From assembly GCA_013239625.1 (NCBI GenBank), contig MU053934.1, forward strand, positions 7,024,399-7,088,398: a stretch of DNA of 64,000 bases, given 5' to 3'. The translations under genes were made by a program, and so were the position numbers. The notes under the pieces are model-generated. The model searched no databases and had not been told where the DNA came from. It saw only the letters and a program-made list of their open reading frames with translations. Position 1 is the first letter of the stretch. Every line of letters begins with the position of its first letter. The DNA is from Lama guanicoe. Its lineage: Eukaryota. Positions 40,101-52,691 of the stretch are shown in pieces.

Positions 40101-41198
40101 GGCGCCAGAATGGGTGCACCGCAGTGCTGCAGGGTGTTCCGATGAGGGGCTTCCAGAGACCCCAAGGGGCTTTCACAGAGTAGTCACTCAGTATTTGGAG
40201 GAGACAGAAAGGGTGTCCTGAACCTGAGAAAGGGTGGGGGTAGGGGAGGTGGCTTTTAACCCTCTCAGAGCTATTGGCTCAGCTGAGTCTGGCAAGGAGG
40301 TGGGACTTTCTCCCCGCAGGTGTCAGATTCTGAAACTGAGGCCCGGAGACTCCCCTAGCAGGAAGCGCAGTGGACTCAGAGTGGACCTCCCAGCCAGAGC
40401 CTCTCCCAAGCACACCGCAGCTCCCACTCGGCCTCAACTTTCCCATCCGGAGAAGAGAGAGGGAGAGAAGCACGCCGGAAAGGGGGTGGTCTGCGGATCA
40501 GGACCCTGACAGGGAGTGCTTGGGCCCGACTTTCCCCACGTCCCAGGTCGGACCCACGCAGCCCCTCCACCTGGAGGCCCTTCCTTCCCCCTTCTCCGCA
40601 CGTCCAAAGCCTCCGCACCCCTAGAGGCCCAGGGGTCGCCTCCAGCCCCGGCGGTCTCCCCTTCAGCCGGCCGCTCCCCACCTCTCTCCCCAGCCGCGTT
40701 CCCTCCGGGGCCAGGGGCGAGCGGAGCCGGCGGCGAGGCGGCCCGAGGCGATTCCATGCCCCTCAGGGCGGAGCGCCTCGCGCCAGGGCGCCGCGCGGGC
40801 CGGGGGAGCCCGCACTCGGGCTTCTTGCCCCCACGGCCCCTCTCTCCCACTGCGGGGGCCGGGCCCGGGCGGGGCTGCCCCGAGGGCTCCGGGGCCGGGC
40901 GCGCTCTCCCCACTGCGGGCCGGGCTCCCGGTCCAGCCACTGCGCTCAACTTCGGGCGAAATCTGGGGAGGCGGCGGCGGCGGCGGCCGGGGGACCAGCG
41001 CGCCCAGCTGGCGCGCACACAAACGTCCCTCCGGAACAGGTGGCCCAGGCGGGCGGCGACCAAGCCCTCCCCGCTCCTCCGCAGCCCCTACTCCTTCCTT
41101 CTCGGAGCGCGTCTCCCCACCGGTGCCCCGGGCACCCCAGGTCCGCATCCCAGAGCTCGCCCAGCTGCACCCTCGGCGCGGTCCCCCCGCCCCCGTAC

Positions 41199-41310
41199 CT
41201 CCGGATCCCGCTGCTCCAGGCGGAGGACAACCGGGCCCCGCGGGCCGGCGCGCGGGCGGCGAGGCGGCGGGAGGGCAGAGGGAGCCCTGCGGGAGGCAGC
41301 GCCGCCTCTC
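41199..41310 (-). other. A4GALT: A4GALT non-coding exon 1 (TSS approximate)
   Basis: Donor CCGGAG|GTACGG (GT at 41198-41197) inside the CpG island, just downstream of GC boxes. This is the only strong CpG island upstream of exon 2. Confidence 0.65.
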
Positions 41311-41316
41311 CGGCCC

Positions 41317-41350
41317 GGGGCGTGGTCAGCGCCGTCCCGCCCCGCCCCTC
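41317..41350. promoter_or_regulatory. SP/KLF GC boxes
   Basis: GGGGCGTGG on plus and GGGGCGGGGCGGG on minus, immediately upstream of exon 1. Confidence 0.7.
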
Positions 41351-42019
41351 CGCTCCGGGGTCCCTGATCCCCCGGCCCGCGAGTCCTCACCGCTCCCGGT
41401 GCCCGCCAGGCGCTGGACCATCACCAGCCGCGGGCCAACAGGTATGAAACGCTCCCCAGGCCTCCCTGCCGCCTACTCTACAGATTTATAATACCATTCC
41501 CCCCAATTAACAGATGAGAAAAACGAGGCTCAGGGGGTTAAGTAACTTCAGCTTCAAGCAACCGAGAAGGCACAGTATCAGTATTTGAGCTGGGCCTGCT
41601 TGAGGCCACTGTACCCCCTCCCCCCAACACAGCGTGACCCGTGCTAAGCGTTTTGCCTGCATCACCCAGTGTTTTACCCTCACAACCTTCGCTGCTTTGT
41701 CCTTTCCCCTCTCACTCTCCTCCTGGTCCACTGCAAACTTGCTGTTTGTCCTCACTTCCTCCTCACCCATCAGCTGATGACCAGAGCCCAGGCTTCTGGA
41801 GAAAATGCAAACACTTTATCCCAGCCCCAGGAACAGTCTGGCACTTAATAGATGCCAGATAATTATCCTTTGAATGAACGAATCGAAGGAAATGCCCACT
41901 AGCTTCCACCACGTATCTGTCCACCACCTGAGATGGCTCCCAACCTCCCCTTCCCTCTGGGGACCAGGCTGAACTGGCCCAGCTGGCCTGGAAGCCCCCT
42001 CCACTTGTCCACAACATCT

Positions 42020-43600
42020 CACCCTTCAAGCCAACACTGACCCATTGATTCTGCCTTCTCTCCCCTCTCCCCAGTCATTCCCATCAATTCACATGCTGTT
42101 ACCTCTCCTACCCTAAAACTAAAACAAGAGGGGGGGGGACAAAAACCCTCTTATGACCCTTCCGTCCTCTCCAGCTACTGCTGCCTCATTTTCCCCCTTC
42201 TCTTTACAGCAAAAATCCTCCAAGAGTTGTTCTTTCAGGCTGCCTGCAGTCTCTCTTCTCCCCTTCTCCTTTAAAACCCATCTAACCAGGCTCTTGCCCC
42301 TCTCCCCACCAATCCCCCTAATCTGTCATTTTGGGTCCCTAGTGATGTCCATGTTACTGGATCCAATCCTGAGTCTCCATCCTTGTTTTACTGGTCCCTC
42401 TAGCAGTATTTGTCACTGCTGCCCACTCCCTCTTCTCTGAAGCATCTTCCTCTCAGGGCTTCTCAGACACCATACTTGCCTGGTTCTCCTCCTCTTCTTT
42501 GGCGACCTCCCCATTCTCCTTTGCAGCAGCGCACCCCCACCCCACCCCAAACTTCTAAAAGTTGTGATGGCCCCTGTTTAGCTCTTGATCTTCTGGTCCT
42601 TCCATACTCTTTGTCCTAAAGCTGTCACCCCGACACATGGCTTTGGAGGCTTCTATCAGCTGATGACACTCAAATGTGTCCAGCAGCCTGGACCGCTCCC
42701 TAGACTCACAGATCTGTGTGCTGGGGGCATCTTTTATCTTGCTCCATCCAACATCCTGATCATCTCCTCCGAAGTTGTTCCTGCACCTTCCCCATTTCAG
42801 TTAACGAAAACTTCATTTTCTAGGTACTCAGGCCAAAAACCAGATTCCATTCTCTGCCTGCCATATGCATACCGCACATCCACTCCAAGAGCAATTCCCA
42901 TCTGCTCCACCTTGAAAATACATCCAGAATCTGACATTTCTCACCCCACCCCCTTGTCCAAGCTACCAGCCTCTCCCCAGGCAGAATGCAGAGGCCTCCT
43001 CTCACTGGTGTTCCTGCCTCCTCCAACCCTTTGTCCAAACAGCAGCCAGAAGGATGATGGTAGAATTAGGTCCAGATCACCTCCCTCCTCCGTGTCACCC
43101 CCTCCAGTGGTTCCTCACTGAACCCAGAGGAAAAGCCCCCACCCCTGCACTCTGACCCCATCTCCATTGGCCAGACTCTGCCCAGCCACACGGGCCTTGC
43201 TGGCTCTCATCCCTTCCCCAGTCATGACCTTTGCTCTTGCCACTCCTCTGCCTGGAAAACCTTGACCACATATCTGCTCACTCTCTCACCTCGTTCAGGT
43301 TCAGGCTTCAATGTCAGCTTCTCGGTGAGGCTTCTTTGACCTTCCTCTTTGAAGCCTCTTCCAAGCCTGTCTTGCACTGCCTTCCCTCTTTGATTCCCCC
43401 CATACACTTACTAGCATCACCGTGTGATGTGCTTCATGTTTCACTTGTGCATTTATTTTATTGCCAGTCCCCTGCCCTAGAATGTGAGCTCCACAGGGCA
43501 GAGGTTCCTGCTGACCTTTTCATTGCTGTGTCTTCCCCTGGAACAGTGTCTGGAACAGAGTAACCAGGCACTCAACAAACGTGTTTGGAATGAATGAACC
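42020..43600 (+). mobile_element. L2 LINE fragments (others at ~23.06-23.75 kb and 34.4-34.9 kb)
   Basis: C/T-rich body and a 3' end CTAGAATGTGAGCTCCACAGGGCAG...GGCACTCAACAAAC...GAATGAATGAA. Confidence 0.75.
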
Positions 43601-46600
43601 TTTCACCTCTGGTAACAGTCACAATACTTCTTCTCTATATTGGTGTTTTCATTCCAATGAAAGTATTTTAAAAGGAAACTTTATATTCCTGCACTAGACA
43701 GGGTACCACTATCACTAGCCTAGAATAGAAGGTAACAGTAAAAATGAGAATAAAACAATGTTCTAAATCTCTGGGGATCCATTGCCTATCTAAGGGCTGA
43801 GCCACCTCCCTCCCTCACCTTGGGAAAAAGTGAGATTCACATGGTAGAGAGAAGTAGTAAATACAAGCCAACACCTAGCAGAGACCTGCCCCTGGATATA
43901 CAGAGAATTTTTTTTTTTTCAATCCAGAGCTGAGAACCCAATGGCTTTCTTCTGGGAGCCATCTCTTGGGCTGTGCTCAGCCCTACAAGCGCTTCCTGAC
44001 TCTCCCGGAAGAATCTGCCTCCTGGCAGCTTGATTAACCTCACACAAGCCCTCTGAGGGCCTGCTGTCATCACCCCATCTTACAGATCAGGAAACTGAGG
44101 CTGAGATGGGAACTTGGCCCAAGCTCACAGAGCATGTTAAGATGGGCAGAGACTGGAATTTGGAGTTTGCCAAACCCCAAGCCCTGGATGGACTCTGAGG
44201 CCAAATCCCGTCTAATCTGGAGGAGCTGCAGGGGAAGGGATGACAAGGATGGAAGAGCCCACAGGCCTGCCCTGCACTGGCCTCAGTTTACCCGTCTGTA
44301 AAGTGCTGCCCAGGAAGCACAGCCTGGCCATCCTGGGGCTTTTGTTGAAGTCTGGGGAGGAAGGTGTCTTCCTTCTTCTGCTTGGGGTCTGGTGTACTCT
44401 CCTTCTTCTGGGTGAGGAGTGGGGAGCACGCAGACTAGAGCCTTATGGTGTTCCACTACCACACAAGGGGAGAGCCTATCTCAGAATAGAGCCCACCACC
44501 AGGGAAGCCGAGCCCTGGGACATATCTGGGGGAACTTGACATCCCTGGGGCCAATGTGGGCCTGACCTGATTGGTCCTTCAACTTCTCCATTATACAGTT
44601 TGCTTTAACCAGATAAGCTGGATTCTTTTTCCAGTATGTAGAGAATCCTAACTGATACAACCTTTCACTATAGGCACTTTCTGCTCCACCCATAAGAAAG
44701 CTGGAGCCTCTCCCATTTTAATTTAAAAGGAAAAGAAAGGAAAACAAAGCCCTTCCTTTTATCCCATTACTACCTCCAATTCTCTCCAGCCTTCAACCAC
44801 GTTTGTCAAGAGTCCCCTCCACTTGGCTGTTTCTGATCCTTCCCTTCCTAGTCCCTCTTGCCTGTTCTCATCTGGTCCCTGTCCCTTACCAAGGATGGAA
44901 GCTCTCGCCAGTGTCATGGTGACCTGCTTGTGGCCAAATCCCATCAACATAGGATTGATGACAACAGTATTGTTAACTTTTGTTAACAAAATCATAGACT
45001 TAAAGAATTAACTGTAAACTTAAGACCTTAAAAATAGGTATTTCCAGCTTTGTTTCTGGCAAGAGTGACCTAAAAGCAACGGTAGCCCTGGCCTGCTACC
45101 CCAAGTCTCAGGAGCACCCTACTGTCCAGATGCTGGTTTCTAAGACCTCTTCCCCTAAGAAAAAACAGTATTCTTTGGAAAAGAAAATTTGAATGATCCA
45201 GAATGCCCTGTTGTGGCCAGGAATTAAGGCTGCCCCCAGAAATATTAGGGAAGCAGAGGAGAGACCATGGAACAATCAAAAGTCTTCCCCAATGCCAGCC
45301 AACTTGTAATAATACAAGCATCAAAAAGTATTAGTGGAAATAATTGTAGTTCATTTGAATAAATTCACCCTGGAAAAGTCCAGGGCTGTAATGATACTCA
45401 GAAGAGAAAGGTTACTATAATGCATTCAAAGAGGGTTGTAATATAAGAAAGGTGACTGTCATATGACTTGTTTGAATTTTTATTGAGCTTATTATGTTGG
45501 GATGTGTTGGTTTGTGTATCTTGTTTCTTTTATTGGTGTTAACTAATTAGAGAGACATGTTTGCTTTATCTGTGTAATCAGAAGAGAATAAACTCAGAGC
45601 CCTGGGCTGGAGGCCTGTAGGGAGGCAGGAACCGCACCACGAAAAGAAGGGCTGCCTCATGATGGCCGCACAGAACCGCGGGGTAGACGAGGCTCCTTCA
45701 GGTACGCGGCATGGGGGTCTCCCTCAGCTGTCCAGAAGAAGGAGCGTTCACAGAGAATGTCTGCAACGGCTAATTAGCCAAGTGTCGCACCAGGGGAGGT
45801 AGTCAAGCCCCGTGTCCTAGCCACGGACCAAGGTCAAACATCCAGATGCAGTGACCTCATCTTGTCTTGGGAGATTATCACAGACTTGAGAGGGTATCCA
45901 GATTCCATCAGTGAAGCTCTGGGAAGAAGCCTTAAATACAGCAAAGTCCCTAAGAAGAAATAAAAGCAAGGATGGAAATGATGCTCACAGCCTTGACGTT
46001 TTAGAAGAGTTTTGAGTATAAATATTACAGTGGTCTTGTTCTCTGACACAGCCATTAGAAATCTGTAATTGCAGGTTAAACTGACTGAGATTCACTTACT
46101 TAAGCTGGTGACCAAGGTTAGAATACTCAAGAAACATTGAATTTCTAGGTTTTGTTTATGAGATAGAAGAGCTTCAGGGTCCATGTAGTTCCAGGGACTG
46201 AGATGGCTTGATAGCAGCAGCTCCGTCAGCAGATGCAGAGGGTGGTTTCCAGGCTGCCTCTCTGATCTCCTGCTGGCACTTGGCAGTTGACCAAGAACTC
46301 TCTGTGCCCTTGGCCTCCTGCCCCTCTGACTGGTCATCTCTGGTGGACTCTTCCTTCCGACCTACCCTTGCCACACACAGGAGTCCCCAGGCCCTTTTCC
46401 AGCCCCTCTCCCCTTGCCGTGCATGTTACCCAGGTGCCTTATGCACATGTGGCCTGGCATCCATCCCACCCTGGCCTCCTTCCAAAACTGAGCTCTTGTC
46501 CAGCTCACAAAGGAGCTGCAGGTGCTCAGAATCACTATCTGCTCAACCTATTGAAAAGGCAGCACCAACACTCTTGGACCCTCATCTCTTCCCACCACCT

Positions 46601-46742
46601 CAGCCAGTCATCCACCAAGTCTTGCCGATTCTCCTTTCTGTCCCCCTGCAGCAGCCCTCAGCCAGCTGTCAGTCCTTCTTCAGTCCTTTCTGAGCACTCA
46701 CAATGTTTGAGGTCATGGAAATACAAGGGCCTGACATTAAGC

Positions 46743-46897
46743 CAGCACTTCTCAAGCCTCACCGTGCACACCATTCCCAGGGGGACTGATTAAAATGCAG
46801 ATTCTGATGCTACAGGTCTGGGATAGGGCCCATGACTCTGCATTTCAAAGGGACACTGCTGCTGCTGGGCTCATACCCACTTTTTGAGTAGCAAGGT
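46743..46897. mobile_element. hAT-Charlie MITE (MER5-like)
   Basis: Motif TTAAAATGCAGATTCTGAT...GGTCTGGG...TCTGCATTTC. Confidence 0.7.
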
Positions 46898-47841
46898 CCT
46901 CGATTACACAGGGGTTGTGAGTCTTAACAAACAGAATGGGCAGAGGACCATAGAGGGCCCAGGAAGGAGGGGTCTTTAAATCTTTCTCCAGGGCAAATGC
47001 AATAGATTAGTTTCTAGCATCAAATCATCTTCCCTAGGACAGAGCTCTTCTCCTATTGGCTGGATCAGGGAATTTCCCATGATGCTTAGTGAGCTTCTTG
47101 CCTCCTGAGCTTGATAATTAAGATACTCAAAGCTGTCACCTGCTCTCTGGAGAAGAAAACAAACACCCATGTCTTCAACTCTTCCCTCTCATATTGCATC
47201 CACCCCAACCTCTGAAAGGGCTTTTGTCTGGCCAGCTCTGTGCCCCACCACTGGCAGCCCCTGATTAGCCTCTCTGCTTCTAAGATATCTGATCCAATTT
47301 CTCTTTCTGAGTTTCCCAAAGCTCCCAGGGCTGAGGATGAGGTCCAGCCCCTTTACACTGCCCTCCAAAGGCCACCTTCGTGGACTTCGCCACTGCCTTC
47401 CAGCTCCGGATTCACAGGTTCACTCCAACCAAGTAGACACATCCTTTCCCTCCTGCTTCTCTGCTCTCCCTGTGCTGGTTCTCAACCCAAGAATGTCCTT
47501 CCTTACTCCTTGATTGACCCTCTAACTTCTTAACAGGATTTTACAATTTTTTTACAATTAATTTCTATACAAGCTTAGGAAGAACATATTATTTTGACCA
47601 CTTTATAGATAACAAATCTGGGGCTCAGAGAGGCTAGGCCACTTACTGTAGGTCACACAGCCAAGAAAGCACTGAGTGGGGATTAGAACTAAGATTTTCG
47701 ATCTGTCCTTCTGTTGGGCCATTAGAGATTTTTTGTTTGTTTTGTTTTGTTTTTTCATCTTTTGTTTTTAGCATTTCTTTGTGAGCCATACTTTGATGGA
47801 GGGTTGTACAAGGTGTGATGTGAGCCCGAGGAGGCTCATCC

Positions 47842-48042
47842 ACCAGTTATGTGCTGGAGCTGACTCAGGTCAGCTGGAGAGAGCTGATGGTGGACTTCTC
47901 TTCCCAACTCAAGTTCAGAGATATCACATTGGTGGCATGAAGTTGGCTATGGTGGGAGTATTTACACCGTGGAAACTGGCAAATACTGCAAATCAGGACT
48001 TCCTTCCTGGAGAGCAAGTGGTTGACCGTCCCAGCACCGCTG
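47842..48042. mobile_element. hAT MITE (MER63-like)
   Basis: Imperfect TIRs CAGTTATGTGCTGG / CCAGCACCGCTG; internal GGTGGGAGTATTTACACC. Confidence 0.7.
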
Positions 48043-48652
48043 CAGCCCATCCAGGTCTGGGAGACAGGGAGAGCCTCCTGGAGGAGATGGCTGCTGAGCT
48101 GAGCCTGGCAGGATGGGGGTGGGGGGTGGATGGGTAGGCAAGTGTCACCTTGACTTGGAATATTCTACCTGCCTGCTTAAGTCTCACACAGGAGTGAGTA
48201 AGAGCACATGGTCTAATCTAGAAGGGAAGCAAGCAGTTTCGGAGGAGAAGCATTCTGGGAACACAGAAAGGGTTCTAGTTGGAGGACAGAACGTGTATAA
48301 TGCTCACCTAGCCTTGTGTTGTCACCTGGGGGAAACAGAGTTTATCCTGCCTGCACCTGGAGGCCAGTGGTGGTTTGCATGCAGGGGAGGGATATGAGTG
48401 AATGTCTGGGGGAAAGATCTCCCTGGTAGGGGTGGGAAGGAGTAGAGGATGGCTGAGAGGGGCCAAAGAGGAGGCCACTGAGACAACCCACGGAAGAGAT
48501 GCTGAGGGCTCTCAGCCACCCCCAGGTGATGAACCGCCAGCTGCAACCTCCTCGAAACCCGGTGGCTGATGGGAACTGTGGGGTGGGGAGAAACAAGCAT
48601 CTAGAAGGAAGATTAGATTTCTGGCTTGGGCACCTGGATGCCAGTCACTTGA

Positions 48653-49369
48653 TGTCGGAGCCAGCCGACAATCGATCAGGTCCAGAAACCTGTGCTGCAG
48701 GACTGAGAAAAGGAAAGACGTAACAAAAAGACAGCAAGACAAGAAAAGTTGGGGTTGAGAGGGTCTCACTCTAGCCCGCAAGACGCTAGGTCAAGAGTGG
48801 ACCAAGAGTTTATTTCTTGCAGTTAATTTATATGATTTTAACCCATTAGCTCATACATTCCTGCATGTAGGCAAAGGTATTGTTTTAAGGCACGTTAACA
48901 ACGTGTACTAAAATCATTAACTTGTATATTGTTACAGACATCATTATTGTTTACAGTTCTCGTAAAACTAAGATTAAGAGTTCCTGGAACCAAGATGATA
49001 AGCTAAGACATTGTTCCTCTAGGCTAACATCGTGACTCGTGTATATTTAGCTCAGGTGATTGTTTTCTAAGAAGATCACTGATTTGTGTGCCGATCATAT
49101 CTCTCCCTCTGAAGGTCCTTTGTGACTTAGTAGCTCAAGGATATTTCCTCAGGCATTAGCGCACCTGGTGCATTCTTTAGTAAAAGGGGTGGCGGGACAG
49201 AGATTGTTCTGACTCAATTGATCTTTGAGCCGGGCGCCCTGCACTGTGGGAGTTTAGGCCCAACCTTTGTGCTCGGCAGCCTCAATCTCAGAGCCTGGCG
49301 CCCTGCACTTTGGGGTTTTACGCCCAAGTTTTGTGCTCGGCAGCCCTCCGTCACGAGCGGCTCCCCGCA
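48653..49369 (-). mobile_element. Young ERV2/betaretrovirus-like solo LTR (717 bp)
   Basis: Perfect 6 bp TSD ACTTGA (48647-48652, 49370-49375) and ends TGCGGGGAGCC...GGCTCCGACA. TATAAA at 48832-48827 is closely followed by AATAAA at 48814-48809. There is a direct repeat in U3. Confidence 0.9.
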
Positions 49370-49649
49370 ACTTGAGATAGGAAACTTGGACTGTGGATGG
49401 GGAGAAAGATGGTGAATTCAAGTTAATGTGTGTGTGAGATGTGTTTGAGGCACCTGTGCCCTCCAGGTGGGAGGTCAAAGGCAGATGGCCATTTTAGCTA
49501 GAGCTCCAAGGATAGGTCTGGGCTGGAGATACACAGCTGGAAGTCATTGATACAGTGATGGGCACTCAGACAGAGTCCCAAGGCCCATCAGGAGAGTCAC
49601 TGGATATCCGCCATCAGGATGGTGGGGTTTTTTCTCTTAAAAATAATGA

Positions 49650-51345
49650 GAACTTCTAGTGTCCGGTTCAGCACGTGAAGAACTTGGAAGTCATCGCTCC
49701 CATTCTCACAAGAAAAAATCCGAACTGAAAATCAGTAACTCTTCTCAGATTCATCAGAAGATTGAGGTCACAGGGCAAACCAGCAGCCTGAAAACTTGAG
49801 AGAGAGGTGGATTCAGAGGATCACAGCTGCCCCAGAGCAGAAGCCCACAGCCAGAGCCAGGACTGGTAGGAACACTCACACCGCAGTTGACAGTTGCTGG
49901 AGGCTCAGAGTAGACTAGCCTGAGAATTAAAAACTTAACCACCACCACCACCCCCCACCCCCCCCCCCCCCTCTCCTTTTGTGCTGTGCTTTGGGCAGGG
50001 AGAGGCGAAAAACAACCACTTTGAAATGTATCAGGAGCATCCTGTTCTCTGCAAAGTAGGGGAAGTAAACATTTTCCTCTGCTCTCTTAGGGTTTCCAGC
50101 TGGGACTGACATAAAACGGATTAACACCCGAAAAGCATACGGATTTTATTTACATGTAAGTGGGAACCGTCCCAAGAAAAACGAAGACCCAAAGAAGTGC
50201 CGAGGCCCAAGTGCTCATGTGCTAGGTTGGAGACAGAGCAGCAGTTGTGGACAAGTGACTAAAACACACGGGAAGTCTAAAGGGGGGTAGGAATTCTTTG
50301 AACAAGTTCTGTTTGTTGTACCGATTTCTCTCCGCCTTAACTCCCTGCCTCTGGTGATAGCAAGGCTTTTTCCTCCTGGTACAGAGAGGGCACCTTCCAC
50401 ATGGGAGCTTTATCTCCTGCTTTCAGAAAGAAAAGGAAAGCCAATAGTGTGCCCTTCGTTCACCTGCTGTTTCTCAAGTGCTTCAAAGTCAAAAACAATA
50501 TGCCCAAGTGGCATGTTGAGGGGGGATGTCCTGAACTCCTTCTGTAACAAGGCCAGCCCTTAAAGGCGCCTTGTCCCACCTGGGAAAGGGAAATTAGCCA
50601 GCCCCACCCCCTGGCCTTCCGGTCTTCTGTGAGGGCAGGAAAAAAAGAGGCTAAGAAACTCCTCTGAAGGTCACAGCCCAGGGACTCTGGCCCAATAACA
50701 ACAACAAAAAGACCCGCGGAGATTTAATTATAAGATTATGGAACATTTCTCCCCATAACCTTCCAAACAGAAAGCACCAGGTCCAGCCGGCTTCACTGGT
50801 GGATTCTACCAAACATTTGAGGAAGAAATGACACAAATTCTCTACAATCTCTTCTGGCAAACAGAAGCAGAGGAGACACTTCTAAAATTCTATGAGGCCA
50901 GAAGGTATTACCCTAATACCAAAACCAGGTGAAGACATTACCAGAAAGGGAAACTGTAGACCAATACCTCTCATGAGCATAGGTGCAAAAGTCCTCAGCG
51001 TAATACTGAATCCAACAATGAGTAAGAAGAAATACACACCACGACCAAGTGGGGTTTGTTCCAGGTATGCAAGGCTTGTGCAACATTCAAATATCAATTA
51101 ATGTCTTCAATTAAACTAAATAAATAAATACTGAAAAAATTCAGTTCATGTAATCCGTCACACTAAAAGGCTGGGAAAGAATCATATCATTATATCAATA
51201 GATACAAAGACAGCATTTGACAAAATCCAACACCCATTTCGTAAACCGGCATAGTCAGAAACGTTCTCATCTTGATAAAGAACATCTACTATCTGCTAAA
51301 TATTCTGGAAACTTACAACCGCTCTGAAAAATAAAGTCTATTAAT
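49650..51345 (+). mobile_element. Old L1 fragments (5' region and ORF2 RT piece)
   Basis: ITLIPKPGED...RPIPLMSIGAKVL at 50892-51101 resembles L1 ORF2 RT. Confidence 0.7.
50055..50543 (-). mobile_element. Related, more diverged MER34/39-like solo LTR within an old L1
   Basis: Shares motifs CTGTTTCTCAAGTGCTTCA, GAGGGCACCTT and CTCTGGTGATA with the other copies; degenerate TSD GCAA/GTAA. Confidence 0.7.
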
Positions 51346-51577
51346 TTAAAAAATACGTGAAAAGCAAAACCAAAAAAATTTATTTATTTATGGTTTATTG
51401 AGGTGGGTAATCCTTGCATATGGCACAAAATGCAAACAGGGTGAAGGGGAAATCAGTCTCCCTCCCACCCCAAACCCCAGATACCAAATTTCTCTCTCCA
51501 GAGGCAGCTGCTATTAGCAGATTCTTTTTATTCTTCTAGAGATACTGTTTGCATATACAAGCGTATCTACCCTTAAA

Positions 51578-51602
51578 ATGTATGTGCACCCACGTGCACA
51601 TG

Positions 51603-51642
<40 letters not shown>
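51578..51642. repeat. Alternating purine-pyrimidine tract (CG)n(CA)n
   Basis: CACGTGCACATGCACGCGCGCGCACACACA...; a similar tract lies at 3129-3173. Confidence 0.85.
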
Positions 51643-51643
<1 letters not shown>

Positions 51644-52326
51644 GGCTCCTTGCTTTCTCCCTTAACAACCTACCCTGAAGGATTTTCCATGACAATAAGC
51701 AGCCAAGTCTCTCAACCAGGTTCACTGGGAGATTTGAGATTTAAGGTCTACAGAAAAATGATGAGGGCAGTTTTCTCAGTAATGCCAATGACAGGACCTT
51801 TCTGATGCATAGGAGAGAAGCTAATTCATGGTCATAGTTTCTGGACTGGGCAAGGCCTGTTCCCCCCCTCCATGTGCTACTGCATCGTGTCTCCTGGCAA
51901 GGCTGTGTTATGGGTATTTAAATGGTCCCCTGCTGCTGGACATCTTTTAATTCTTTCTTCTTTTTTCGAGGGGGAGTGGCTATTACAAACAGTGCTGCAA
52001 TGAAAATATCTGTGCATTTTAAGTCATTTTACCTCTGCTCTGTACCAGCTGTGTGATCTTAGGTATGTTCTGTAACCTCTCTGTGCCTTGATTTATTTTC
52101 TTTCATTCTTCCTTGTGTGTTAACATAAACAAGTCCTGTCCTTCAGTATACACAGAGCACTGCTTTATCCCGAATCCCAAAGGGCCCGACATGTGCTTTT
52201 GTTATTGTCTTTTCTAAATGTTCTGCAGATCGGATTTTGATTTCCTTTCCCCCCACAAGTATTGTTTAAGAGGGTTTAAAATTTTCTGAGTCCCGGGCCT
52301 TTGGGGAATTTGTTTATTTTACTGTC

Positions 52327-52691
52327 TGTTATGCGGAGAATTGTGTCGCCCACAAAGTTCATGAGTTGAAGTCCTGACTTCCCTAGTACCTTAGAATGCG
52401 ACTGTATTTGGATACAGAGTCTTTCAAGAGGTTATTAAGGTAAAATGAGGTCATATAGGTGGGCCCTAGTCCAGTATGACTGGTGTCCTTATAAGAAGAG
52501 ATTAGGACACAGACACACACAAGGATGACCATGTGAGGACACAGGGAGAAGATGGCCTCAGAAGAAATCAATTCTGCCGATACCTTGATCTCAAACTTTT
52601 GAACTCTGGAACTACAAGAACATCAGTTTCTGTGGTTTAAGCCCTCCAGTCTGAGCTGCTTTGTTTATGGCGGCCCTGGGACAGGAGTACA
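52327..52691 (+). mobile_element. MaLR solo LTR (MLT1A/B-like)
   Basis: TGTTATG...TACA with internal GACTGGTGTCCTTATAAGAAGAG; 5 bp TSD CTGTC/CCGTC. Confidence 0.85.

Larger units (their letters stand above)
40480..41450. promoter_or_regulatory. CpG island / TATA-less promoter of A4GALT
   Basis: Very high GC and CpG density. The minus (sense) strand is G-rich downstream of the inferred TSS. Confidence 0.9.

Noticed and set aside
40434..41491. Several long Pro/Arg/Gly/Ala-rich ORFs
   Set aside because: Stop-codon depletion in a CpG island; low complexity and no domain.
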